The notes: a model not told the origin generated them from the sequence alone. A DNA stretch of 32,000 nucleotides from Promethearchaeota archaeon (GCA_030606485.1 JAUWGH010000003.1:420001-452000); one strand, 5' to 3'. Positions 9,732 to 19,205 are shown, numbered from the stretch's first letter. Program-made: numbers and translations.

Positions 9732-10034
9732 ATGACATTCTTTATGGTGACTGCTACATTTCCACCTGACAAAGCAACTGGAGTTGGAAAAGTATTTACT
9801 TCAGGAAAATTAACTGAACTACCATCTTTCGTAAAGCGTATAAGCATTTTTGTTGTGCCGGAAGGTAATATTAAGACTTATGCAATTTATGAGTGTGAAG
9901 ATGAGAAAGCACATGAAGGATATAAGGCAATAGCGAAGAGATACACTGGCTACTACGAACTTGAAGGATGGAAGCACAAAATAGAGCATCTTCTAACGCC
10001 AAATGAGGCGTTACCAATGATTGGACTAGGTTAA
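9732..10034 (+). CDS. Uncharacterised 100-aa protein, copy 1 (possible DUF3303/GYD-like dimeric alpha/beta barrel)
   Basis: Strong SD GAGGTG. 45/100 identical to 10356-10658 in a gapless hand alignment. The fold guess comes from the beta-alpha-beta pattern only. Confidence 0.8.
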   Translation: MTFFMVTATFPPDKATGVGKVFTSGKLTELPSFVKRISIFVVPEGNIKTYAIYECEDEKAHEGYKAIAKRYTGYYELEGWKHKIEHLLTPNEALPMIGLG

Positions 10035-10038
10035 CCTT
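10023..10038 (+). repeat. 16-bp direct repeat GGACTAGGTTAACCTT (second copy 10647-10662) spanning both paralog stop codons
   Basis: Identical 16-mer read at both positions. It contains the palindrome AGGTTAACCT. Confidence 0.85.
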
Positions 10039-10355
10039 TAATTAAAAATAATAGGTGTAGTATTGTAAGTAATAATTTTAAACCCTTTTTTTTCCTATTT
10101 ACTCTAAATTAAACGGTTTTTTTTAACTTCGATATAAAATCTTTTTTTCCCATATCACACTATAGATTATACTAATTCTAAAAGAAATTGATGGAAGTGA
10201 ATAACTTTTAATCTTTTACAGCTACAATTCTTATTTCTTTTATGTTTTTTTGATAATATTGTAACAATTTTTATATAAACAAAAAGAAAAAGTAATTTGG
10301 ATCTTGAATCCATTTTTATAAAAAAAAAATACATTAAAAGAGGTAAAAGTGAGTT

Positions 10356-10658
10356 ATGGCATATATATTAATTACTTCTACATATCCTCCTCATAAAACG
10401 ATGGAATTAGCGAAATTATATACTTCAGGAAAACAACCAAAATATCCAGATTTTGTAAAACGTCTCCATCGATTCGTAGTGATGGATAATGATGTTAAGG
10501 GCTACGCCCTATATGAGGTTCCAGATGATAAGATCATTGATGGAGGGAAGGCAATAGCAAAACGACAAGCTGTTTATTCCACTATTGAAGGATATAAATA
10601 TAGAGCAGAACTTTTAATGACAGCGGAAGATGCGTTAGAAGTAGCAGGACTAGGTTAA
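10356..10658 (+). CDS. Uncharacterised 100-aa protein, copy 2 (tandem paralog)
   Basis: SD GAGGT. Shares TSGK, P.FVKR, FVV, KAIAKR and GLG* with copy 1. Confidence 0.8.
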   Translation: MAYILITSTYPPHKTMELAKLYTSGKQPKYPDFVKRLHRFVVMDNDVKGYALYEVPDDKIIDGGKAIAKRQAVYSTIEGYKYRAELLMTAEDALEVAGLG

Positions 10659-10717
10659 CCTTCCAATAAAACTAATGGGACTAAAATTTAATATAAAAAT
10701 TTTAAATTCATTTTTTT

Positions 10718-11506
10718 TTATTCTTCTTCTTCTAAATTAAACTCTTTTTTAAATTTAGATATAAAGCTTTCTTTTCCAATTTCAAACCAGTTGCTGCAAT
10801 AATTCTCCATTTTATAGGCTTCATCATAAGGTTTTTCCCAGACATGATTTGCACAAAGTCTTATACCATTAATTACCGCCTGATTTCTTGAAGCAAGAAA
10901 TTTTGCCTTTTCCATAGCGACTGCCATTAATTCATCCATGGTATTCACAAGCTCATCTATTAATCCAAAATTTAAAGCTTGTTCTGGCGTAATCTTTTCA
11001 CCCCACATTAGTATCTTTTTTGTCAATAACGGACCTATCGTGCGAACCATCTGAGTTATACAGCCTGTTCCAGGAAAAACGTTTATAAGAATTTCTGGCA
11101 TTTGGTAATAACCTTCATTAAGTGCAACTCTATAATCGCAAAACAGAGGTATTTCAAGACCTCCACCTAATGCCCTACCATTAATTGCTGCAATAACTGG
11201 TTTCCCATTTAGAAGAATGCGAACAACTTCAGCCAATAATCTTTCAAGATTTTTTGCAACTGAAATATCCTTACCGCTTGCACTGGCGACGTCAATTCCA
11301 GTAGAAAAATTTTTTCCATTGGCTGTCAAAATAATTGCTCGAATACGCTTATTATTTTGGCAATAAAGGAGTACTTTCTTATAATTCTCTAATTGTTCTA
11401 CATCAAAAGCATTTGAACGCTCAATTTTATTTAATGTTATAATTCCAATGCGATTTTTTACTTTAAATTCAATAAAGCGACCAAAATTAATTTCATTATC
11501 TGCCAT
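10718..11506 (-). CDS. Enoyl-CoA hydratase/isomerase (crotonase) family protein
   Basis: IITLN...NAF, FSTGID, KPVIAAING.ALGGGLE, MPE...FPGTG. Both catalytic Glu positions are present. Confidence 0.92.
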   Translation of the reverse strand: MADNEINFGRFIEFKVKNRIGIITLNKIERSNAFDVEQLENYKKVLLYCQNNKRIRAIILTANGKNFSTGIDVASASGKDISVAKNLERLLAEVVRILLNGKPVIAAINGRALGGGLEIPLFCDYRVALNEGYYQMPEILINVFPGTGCITQMVRTIGPLLTKKILMWGEKITPEQALNFGLIDELVNTMDELMAVAMEKAKFLASRNQAVINGIRLCANHVWEKPYDEAYKMENYCSNWFEIGKESFISKFKKEFNLEEEE

Positions 11507-11591
11507 TTTTCTAAAAAATATATTAATTTTAAATTGAAAATTGATATCTTTTAATATTTAATATTTATAGAATTTATCATTTTATTTGTTT

Positions 11592-12035
11592 TCAAAATTT
11601 TCCTTTTATCCAGCCTATTTTATCGGTTTCTCTATTATCAATAGATGGAATGAAAGGTTTTATATCTAAAACAGGGGTTCCATCAATTAAATCAAGATTC
11701 TCAACATAGATTAAATTCTTTTCAATTTTTTCCAATTTAAAAACCGAAAATCCTATTGGATTTGGCCTGTAGGGAGACCTTATTGCAAAGATCCCATGTT
11801 TAGTATTATCCCAATGGGTTCTCGATTGAAGGTGCACTGGGGGTTTTACCAAGTGAAAATAAGATAAACACATTATGTATTCAAAACCTTCCAAATCTTT
11901 CAGACCATCTTTAAATTCTTCAAAAACTTCTATCTTTCCCTTTGCTTTAGAAAATTTAGGTTGAACGGGAACATTTCCATATGATTTGAAGGGAGAATGA
12001 ATTTTTCCAATAGGTTTAAACTCTACTTCTACCAT
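11592..12035 (-). CDS. trmO: TrmO/TsaA/YaeB-like SAM-binding beta-barrel (short, N-domain-only form)
   Basis: KPIGKIHSPF, GLKDLEGF, GIFAIRSPYRPNPIGFS, DLIDGTPVLDIKPF. Confidence 0.88.
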   Translation of the reverse strand: MVEVEFKPIGKIHSPFKSYGNVPVQPKFSKAKGKIEVFEEFKDGLKDLEGFEYIMCLSYFHLVKPPVHLQSRTHWDNTKHGIFAIRSPYRPNPIGFSVFKLEKIEKNLIYVENLDLIDGTPVLDIKPFIPSIDNRETDKIGWIKGKF

Positions 12036-12059
12036 AATAATCGATATTTATAAATCATA

Positions 12060-12449
12060 TTAGCCCTCTATAAGAGGTTTTAGATAATCCATAATATATT
12101 CTGCTAGAGAATTATATGTCATAGTCAATAGTAGATTCCCCTCAATTTGCAGTACTCCACTCATATAAGCAGAGGTTCCATCTAATTCTCCGGTAAAGAA
12201 ATCTTTAGCTACATCAAGATCCCTAATTGTCATCGTGACATCTGGATCTTCAATTTCTTTATCAATCACCCATGAATATTTTTCATCTTTAAAAACTTGG
12301 TACCCTGTAAAATTTCCAATTTTCCATTGTATTTTTGCTTCAAAACCTTTCATTTCCTCTTGAAGTTCCTCATCAACTTTAACAATTTCATCTAAACTTT
12401 TTAACATTAAATAAAATAGCATTTTAACCTGAAACTCTTTTTTATCCAT
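12060..12449 (-). CDS. SCP2 domain protein
   Basis: IQWKIG, PDVTMTI, FFTGELDGTSAYMSGVLQIEGN match the SCP2 C-terminal signature. Confidence 0.85.
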   Translation of the reverse strand: MDKKEFQVKMLFYLMLKSLDEIVKVDEELQEEMKGFEAKIQWKIGNFTGYQVFKDEKYSWVIDKEIEDPDVTMTIRDLDVAKDFFTGELDGTSAYMSGVLQIEGNLLLTMTYNSLAEYIMDYLKPLIEG

Positions 12450-12460
12450 AAAAACACCTC

Positions 12461-12862
12461 TTATTTGGTTAAATCTCCAAGATATTCTTTTACCGTATCT
12501 AAAATAAAATTGAGTCCTTCAGCTTTTTTAATATCCCCAGAAATTTTAACTTTATCCCCCATTTTATTAAAATCTTGCTTTCCAGTTAGTATTTTTATTG
12601 CAACTTCAGCATCACTAATTTCAAAAGTTATAGTGGGATTTATTGGCGCTGTTCCTTCAGAACCATTAATATCTCCATCTTTTATTTCAGTATAAAATGA
12701 GATATCATCTCCAACTTTCCATGCAATTAATTCGTTCAGACCCTTTAATTTATCTTTGTAATCATCGTCAAATTTTGCAATCTCTTTCGCAGCGTAATTT
12801 ATCATATTCATTAATACTTTGACACATACTTTTTGTTCTTTTGACATTTTTATAATCTCCAA
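12461..12862 (-). CDS. SCP2 domain protein (tandem paralog of 12060-12449)
   Basis: IAWKVG, PTITFEISD..VA..ILTG..D, VKISGD. 11-bp gap to its partner. Confidence 0.78.
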   Translation of the reverse strand: MEIIKMSKEQKVCVKVLMNMINYAAKEIAKFDDDYKDKLKGLNELIAWKVGDDISFYTEIKDGDINGSEGTAPINPTITFEISDAEVAIKILTGKQDFNKMGDKVKISGDIKKAEGLNFILDTVKEYLGDLTK

Positions 12863-13014
12863 TCTATTTTTAATTAACTTAAATAATAATTTGAATTGTT
12901 ATTATAAAAAAATTATATCAATTTGAAAATTTAAAAATTAAATAATGCAGAAAAATCTAATGTAATAACTTTTTAGAAGATTATCCTTGGTAGTATTAAA
13001 CTAAATTATTTATT

Positions 13015-13692
13015 TCATAAAACGTTTTTCTCCAATAAATCTCTAATTTGTTCTAAAGCAAATTTTCTATATTCTTTAGCAGATATAATATAAGATTCCA
13101 ATTTTATTGGTTCTGTAATATTTTCACGTAATTTAAGATCAGCCTCTACTTTCGCCGCTCCAAGAAGCACCCCATATATATAAAATAAACGTTCAATAGC
13201 TTCAGTTTTAATTATTTTTTTAGCAATTACAGCTTTTTCCACAATAACTGAGATGTATTTCATTATTTGAAATGGTTTATAATTTTTCTCTAGAGGACCA
13301 ATTTTATTGGAAGGTGGAGCAGAAATTAAAAACATCATTGCAAATCGATTAAAATCAACGCTTGCAAATTCCAAGAAAAATTCTGCTATTTTAAAAAATA
13401 GGTCAGTATAGGAACCTTGATAATCGCCTATTAATCTATTTAGCCCATCTTGAAATTCTCCATAATATTTTTTCCTAATAGCAATCCAAAGTTCTCTTTT
13501 ACTCTGTACGTAATTATATACATTTGTTTGAGACATGTTTAAGAGTTTTGCTAAGGCTCGAAGACTAAATCCATGAGAGCCGTATTTAACAAATAAATCC
13601 TTTCCAGCTTCTAGAATTTTATTAAATTGCTCCGCCTTTTTCTCTGGCGCTCGTGCTCTTGGAATTATTTTTTTCTTTTTACTTTTTTCCAT
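13015..13692 (-). CDS. TetR/AcrR-family transcriptional regulator
   Basis: ILEAGKDLFVKYGSHGFSLRALAKLLNMSQTNVYNYVQSKRELW is a TetR HTH. Confidence 0.92.
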   Translation of the reverse strand: MEKSKKKKIIPRARAPEKKAEQFNKILEAGKDLFVKYGSHGFSLRALAKLLNMSQTNVYNYVQSKRELWIAIRKKYYGEFQDGLNRLIGDYQGSYTDLFFKIAEFFLEFASVDFNRFAMMFLISAPPSNKIGPLEKNYKPFQIMKYISVIVEKAVIAKKIIKTEAIERLFYIYGVLLGAAKVEADLKLRENITEPIKLESYIISAKEYRKFALEQIRDLLEKNVL

Positions 13693-13853
13693 TATGTTTA
13701 TCTAATTTTTTAAATAATTTATAATTCAAAGTTTAAATTTCTGAATATTATGATTATTAGATCGATTAATTTTTATATTTATATATTTTGATGAATGAGC
13801 ATATTTCATTTAAATTTTTATTGAATTATCTTCCTATATTCATAATATCTCTT

Positions 13854-13874
13854 ACTGGGAAAGTTTTTCCCAGT
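13854..13874. promoter_or_regulatory. Perfect inverted repeat ACTGGGAAA-gtt-TTTCCCAGT, candidate operator
   Basis: 9-bp arms with a 3-nt spacer, GC-containing in an otherwise very AT-rich divergent intergenic region between tetR and the MFS gene. Confidence 0.55.
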
Positions 13875-14026
13875 TAAGCTATTTGTTTGAAATTAAACAT
13901 TTAAATATAAGTTAGTATCGTTAATTAAATTAACTAACATAGATCATTTAATTAAATCTTTATAAAAAAAAAATATAGAAATTAATTTTTAAAAAGAAAT
14001 TGAAAACAATATGGAGTGAAAGGATT

Positions 14027-15469
14027 ATGACAGAATCTACAAAAATGAGGTATTCTGAAAAAATTACTAATAAGAAAATTATTTTATTTACATTAAGTGG
14101 ACCAATCAGCGGACTTTTGTTTGGAATGTGGGGGAATATTCAGTTTTTTGCGGCATCGGTGCTTTTAATACCACAAGCTGTAATTACTGTGATTTACCTT
14201 ATTTACTCAATAGTTGATAGCATCAATGATCCATTATTAGGTTATCTTAGTGATCGATCCAAAAGATTTACAGCAAAATTTGGAAAGCGTTTTCCATGGA
14301 TTATGATTGGGGCTATTATAAGTCCGATTTTACTCATTTTATGTTTCATTCAAGTCGCTCAAATTAATGTTGATGAATCCGGTCAAGTGCTAAATCCTGA
14401 AGCAGTTTTAATAGCCTCTATATGGTTATGCGTTATAATGGTTATTTACGAAACATTTCGCACATTACATGAAATAAGCCATACATCTTTGTTCCCGGAT
14501 TTATTCCGAGAAGAGAACCAACGAAGGAAAGTTAGTGGAATTGGAGGGATTGTAGGTGGAATAACCTCGATTTTATCTGCTATTTTGATTCCATTATTTA
14601 TAGCAAGTCTAGGAGGGGCAACTAGCCTAACTGCTTATTTGTTTACTACAATAATAATCATTATTGTTGTTTATTTATTGATTTTCCCCTATAATTTAGG
14701 TGTTCGTGAAACGGATAAGATGAAAGCATTTCGAGTAAAATTAGATGATTCAGGAAAAGGTACTTCTCCAGTGAAAGAAGTAGTGATTCGTATATTTAGA
14801 GATAAAAATTGGATGGCTATAGTAATTACGAATTTCTGCTGGGCTATAGCTGGAGCTTGCATGTTGTACGGTTTAAACTTTTTTATCTTACATAATTTAG
14901 GATTGGGCATAGAATCTACCATTTTACCAGGACTATTTCATATTATCGTAAGCATTATTTCAGCACCCATTTGGATGAAAGTAGCGAAAAAGATAGGTGT
15001 TAAAAAAACTTACTTAGTGAGTTTGATTTTAAATGTTATTGGTTTCCTTGCATTTTATTTTGTAACTGATATTATTGGAGTTATTATAGTGTTAGCTTAT
15101 GTAGGCGTACCTACTAGTGCAAATTATGGTGTGATTATTTTTCTTGCAAAGGCTGAGGGAATTGATAACGCTGCTGTAAATTCAGGAAAACGTGAAGAAG
15201 GGAGTTACAATGGTATATTGCGAGTTTTTTCTGCATTTTCATATGCTTCTCAAACTCTAATTTTTGCATTAGTAGCAGGTATCACAGGATATAATCCAGT
15301 TCTTGAAGCTAACCAAACTCCTTTTGCCAAATGGGGGTTAAATCTCCAAATGTCACTAATCCCAATGGTTATTATCCTTATTGGCACGATTATTTTTGCA
15401 CTAATGTATAAAATAAGAAAGGAAGATGCAGAAGCAAATAAAGAAAAATTGAAAGAATTAGGGCTCTAA
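14027..15469 (+). CDS. MFS transporter, glycoside-pentoside-hexuronide (MelB-like) family
   Basis: DSINDPLLGYLSDR...FGKRFPW, R..G.Y.G motif, about 12 hydrophobic segments. ATG 14027 follows GGAGTG (the track starts at TTG 14000). Confidence 0.9.
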   Translation: MTESTKMRYSEKITNKKIILFTLSGPISGLLFGMWGNIQFFAASVLLIPQAVITVIYLIYSIVDSINDPLLGYLSDRSKRFTAKFGKRFPWIMIGAIISPILLILCFIQVAQINVDESGQVLNPEAVLIASIWLCVIMVIYETFRTLHEISHTSLFPDLFREENQRRKVSGIGGIVGGITSILSAILIPLFIASLGGATSLTAYLFTTIIIIIVVYLLIFPYNLGVRETDKMKAFRVKLDDSGKGTSPVKEVVIRIFRDKNWMAIVITNFCWAIAGACMLYGLNFFILHNLGLGIESTILPGLFHIIVSIISAPIWMKVAKKIGVKKTYLVSLILNVIGFLAFYFVTDIIGVIIVLAYVGVPTSANYGVIIFLAKAEGIDNAAVNSGKREEGSYNGILRVFSAFSYASQTLIFALVAGITGYNPVLEANQTPFAKWGLNLQMSLIPMVIILIGTIIFALMYKIRKEDAEANKEKLKELGL

Positions 15470-15493
15470 ACCATCCTAAACCAAGATTTTAAA

Positions 15494-15509
15494 TTTTTTT
15501 TTTTTTTTT
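15494..15509 (+). terminator. T16 tract between the convergent MFS and rpe genes (archaeal-type terminator candidate)
   Basis: Run of 16 T starting about 25 nt after the MFS stop. Confidence 0.45.
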
Positions 15510-15525
15510 CAATATATATAAAAAT

Positions 15526-16158
15526 TTACCTTTTCTTTAATTCCTTTATTACCTTATTAGGGTTTTTAGTATTAATTATTGCACTAGCAGAAATTAAAAT
15601 ATCAGCTTCTGATAATTTTTTTGAACTTTCTAAATTTATCCCCCCATCTACCCTTATTTCTATTTGGTATTTCTCCTTATATTTTGCAATCTTTTTTAAT
15701 CGATCTACGGTGGATTCTATAAATTTTTGGCCAGAAAACCCAGGACTTACTCCTAAAATCAAAATTGTATCAATTATCGGGAGATATTTTTCTAATTTGT
15801 GAATCTCTGTGTCGGGATTGATCACCAACCCCACCTTTTTATTATGACTCTTTACTTTCATAATTATCTCTTGAATATTTTCTTTAATTTCAATATGGAA
15901 CAAGAAAACATCGATATAATCAATTATTTTATCAATATATTCGAGTGGATTCTCAACCATTAGATGTGCTTCTATAGGCAAATCAAACTCAGATTTGATT
16001 TTTTTTAAAATTTCTAGGTTAAGTTTTAAATTCGGAACAAATTTTCCATCCATTATGTCTATATGGATAAAATCGAGTCCTTTTAAATTTTTCAAAATAT
16101 CTATAGTAAAATCATCACTTGCGTGAATCGAAACGGCTACTTTCAATTTATTTCTCAA
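15526..16158 (-). CDS. rpe: Ribulose-phosphate 3-epimerase
   Basis: IHIDIMDGKFVPN, EAHLMVENP, GLVINPDT, PGFSGQKF, VDGGIN. Confidence 0.93.
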   Translation of the reverse strand: MRNKLKVAVSIHASDDFTIDILKNLKGLDFIHIDIMDGKFVPNLKLNLEILKKIKSEFDLPIEAHLMVENPLEYIDKIIDYIDVFLFHIEIKENIQEIIMKVKSHNKKVGLVINPDTEIHKLEKYLPIIDTILILGVSPGFSGQKFIESTVDRLKKIAKYKEKYQIEIRVDGGINLESSKKLSEADILISASAIINTKNPNKVIKELKKR

Positions 16159-16230
16159 TTTAGTATAATGTGAAATTAAATTTAATTAATAATATATTAA
16201 TTTTTTTAAGATATTAAGGTAAATAATTAA

Positions 16231-18912
16231 ATGAAGAAAAAAATGACAGAAAAATCATATGGTTCAGGTTATTTTGGCGAATGGATCGAAGATGAATTTG
16301 GTTTGCCTGCTTATCGATATACTTGTGATCAAATAAATGATCCTAAGGCAATTACTCCTATGAATGAAGTCTGGCGTTCTAAAACTGAACATCTTCATCA
16401 AGTAGGTAATGATCGATTAGTGGCTGTAGCGTCAAACTATGGTTATATACAAGTAAGACAAGATGAAGGATGTCCAAAATATCTTAATGAATACGATCCT
16501 GAACATGGTCATTATGCAGGAGGGTTCGGCTATCTTACTGATGGGAAGAATCTTTTGAGTACATATTACCCTGGAAATGGAGAATCATTTAATAGAATTT
16601 TTGGATTGGGTTATATTCGAAAAACCGTGACAGGAAATGGATATGCTGCCGATTATATTGTTTTTGCGCCATTTGGTAATGATCCAATATTGATCTCCCA
16701 AGTTACAATAACAAATAATCTTGATGTCCCAACTGATCTACGCTGGATTGAATTTTGGGGTTGTCATATGTATCAATTTTCATTAAAGGCATATACAACA
16801 ACCATTTCGAAAAAAAGTAAAAAGCATCCAAGAGAGATTCGTCGAGAATTCAGTGAGCAGTTTAAACACAGATTTACAATAATAAACGATGGTGCGGGAC
16901 TTCAAGAAGAAAGATTTATTAATAATTTAAACAAAGCTAATAAGGCTCCTTACCTCGAACCAGTAGATGAAGATATTAATCCACCTATGACTTTTCTTGT
17001 TTCTTTAGATAACAAGCCAGATGGTATGAGTACTAATAGCTCGGAATTTTTTGGTAAAGGTGGAGTCGAATCACCAGATGGACTTAAAGAGAATTTAACT
17101 TCAAAAATTAATACTTCTGGTACTGAAAGCGCTATGTTTCTTGAACATAAGATACATTTAGAACCTGGTGCGAGACAAACTTTATATTTTGCTTATGGGT
17201 ACCTCCCAGAAGGATTCAAACTCAATTCTCTTTTAAACAAATATAAAAGTAATTTATCCCAATTATGGGCAAAATCATGTGAAAGCTGGAAAAAAAATAG
17301 AATAGAATTAATTATCCCTGATGAACCATGGGTAGATCGTGAACTCATGTGGCATAATTACTATTTACGAGGTGCTATGACATACGATAGTTTTTTTCAA
17401 GAACATATACTTTCTCAAGGGCACGTTTATCAATATATTATTGGATTTCAAGGTGCTGCTCGTGATCCCCTACAACATGCACTACCTTTCATCTATAGCA
17501 ATTCAGAAATTGTTAAAAATGTTATCAGGTACACCTTAAAAACGGTACGTAGGAGTGGTAAAATACCCTATGGAATCTGTGGTTGTGGAAAAATAATGCC
17601 CGATCTTTTTAAACCTAGTGATCTAGAAATGTGGCTACTATGGTTGGTTAGTGAATATATTCTTGCGACACGGGATATAAATTTTCTTGAGGAAGAAATT
17701 CCTACATATCCTATTTATGGCCCTAAAGCAGATAAAGTTAAAGTACGAGATTTACTGGTACGATGTTACAAACATTTTGTTGATAAAACAGGAACTGGTC
17801 ATTATGGGCTTCAACGTTTATCTAATGGTGATTGGAACGATGCTGTTGTTGTTGGTCACATCCCCCCTGAAAAACATAGAGAGATTCAAAAACATGGCGA
17901 AAGTGTATTAAATGCTGCCATGGCAGTTTTCACTCTTAGAATATATGCTGAAATGCTGAATTTTATAGGTGACAAAGAGATGGCAGAAAAAGCACTTAAG
18001 TATTCTGATGCTCAACGTGAGGCAGTTCGCTCTCAATGGGCTGGAAAATGGTTTAAACGAGCATGGCTCACAGAAGAAATTGGATGGATTGGGGAAGATC
18101 AAATGTGGCTGGAACCTCAACCTTGGGCTATTATTGGAGGAGCCATAAACCAAGAACGGAGAGAGCTTTTAGTTCATTCAATTGATGAATTAGTACGACA
18201 ACCTTCAAAGATTGGTGCTAGACTCCATAGTAAAGGGCTTGAAGGAGTTGGAGATAAAGGACAGGGAGTAAATGGTGGAGTATGGGCGTCGATAAATGGT
18301 ACATTGATATGGGCTTTATCATTAGTGGATGGAGATATGGCATGGGATGAATGGAAAAAAAATACACTTGCCATTCATGCAGAAAGCTACCCTGAAGTGT
18401 GGTATGGAATATGGAGTGGCCCTGATACATATAATTCAAATTTATCTAAGTATCCGGGTCAAACTGTTTTTGAAGAGGCTCTAATCACTAAAGATTCAAA
18501 AAAAGATGAGGAGGAAATTGTTTGGAGTGTAGGATTGGGTTGGACTGATTTCCCAGTATTTAATTTACATCCTCATGCTTGGCCATTATATAGTGTAACT
18601 AAATTGATTGGTATACAATTTACCAAGGAAGGTTTAGAATTAACACCGACCTTACCTAAGGACGAATATAAATTCTCATCACCACTTTTAGGATTCGAGA
18701 AATCAAAAGAAGGATACTCAGGATGGTACTCACCTAATGTTGCTGGAACTTGGAGAATTAGCTTGAAACTTAATAAAGATGAATTAAAGATTTATAATAC
18801 CATAAAGATTAATAGAAAAGAGGAGAAAATTGTTATTGAGGGGAATAGAATTGTATGGAGTGGTAAGAGTACTCCAGATAAACCATTACGATGGATACTT
18901 AAGAAGGGGTAA
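16231..18912 (+). CDS. Divergent GH94-like glycoside phosphorylase / (alpha/alpha)6 glycosidase
   Basis: RDPLQH, GDWND catalytic motif, ESV, W.GKWFKRA, QPWAII and NGG occur in the order expected for GH94-like catalytic domains. 893 aa. Confidence 0.72.
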   Translation: MKKKMTEKSYGSGYFGEWIEDEFGLPAYRYTCDQINDPKAITPMNEVWRSKTEHLHQVGNDRLVAVASNYGYIQVRQDEGCPKYLNEYDPEHGHYAGGFGYLTDGKNLLSTYYPGNGESFNRIFGLGYIRKTVTGNGYAADYIVFAPFGNDPILISQVTITNNLDVPTDLRWIEFWGCHMYQFSLKAYTTTISKKSKKHPREIRREFSEQFKHRFTIINDGAGLQEERFINNLNKANKAPYLEPVDEDINPPMTFLVSLDNKPDGMSTNSSEFFGKGGVESPDGLKENLTSKINTSGTESAMFLEHKIHLEPGARQTLYFAYGYLPEGFKLNSLLNKYKSNLSQLWAKSCESWKKNRIELIIPDEPWVDRELMWHNYYLRGAMTYDSFFQEHILSQGHVYQYIIGFQGAARDPLQHALPFIYSNSEIVKNVIRYTLKTVRRSGKIPYGICGCGKIMPDLFKPSDLEMWLLWLVSEYILATRDINFLEEEIPTYPIYGPKADKVKVRDLLVRCYKHFVDKTGTGHYGLQRLSNGDWNDAVVVGHIPPEKHREIQKHGESVLNAAMAVFTLRIYAEMLNFIGDKEMAEKALKYSDAQREAVRSQWAGKWFKRAWLTEEIGWIGEDQMWLEPQPWAIIGGAINQERRELLVHSIDELVRQPSKIGARLHSKGLEGVGDKGQGVNGGVWASINGTLIWALSLVDGDMAWDEWKKNTLAIHAESYPEVWYGIWSGPDTYNSNLSKYPGQTVFEEALITKDSKKDEEEIVWSVGLGWTDFPVFNLHPHAWPLYSVTKLIGIQFTKEGLELTPTLPKDEYKFSSPLLGFEKSKEGYSGWYSPNVAGTWRISLKLNKDELKIYNTIKINRKEEKIVIEGNRIVWSGKSTPDKPLRWILKKG

Positions 18913-19205
18913 AGAAATTAAAAAATATTAAATCCTTGAAAACTGAATTTTATCAACACAGGATTTGTTACAAGAAGTAAGGGTAAATGAATATGATTTT
19001 TATTAAATTTTTAATAAATAAAGTATAATAATTTTTTCAATCCAGACAATGGAAATATGAAATTAAAAGTGATAATCTTTCAAAGATAGACAATGTTTTA
19101 TTCATTCGAGTATAAATATAAATATATTAAAAATTTTAGATTGAAAGAAGTTCATTTTTAAAAATTAGATATAAAAAAAATTACTTTTTTACGATAAAAA
19201 GTATC

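Noticed and set aside
13911-13960. AT-rich palindromes (GTTAATT-A-AATTAAC; ATTTAATTAAAT) near the MFS promoter
   Set aside because: Almost purely A/T, so expected by chance in this composition.
19182-19203. Inverted repeat TACTTTTT-N6-AAAAAGTA just before the radical SAM start
   Set aside because: Mostly homopolymer arms with low information. No second copy was seen.
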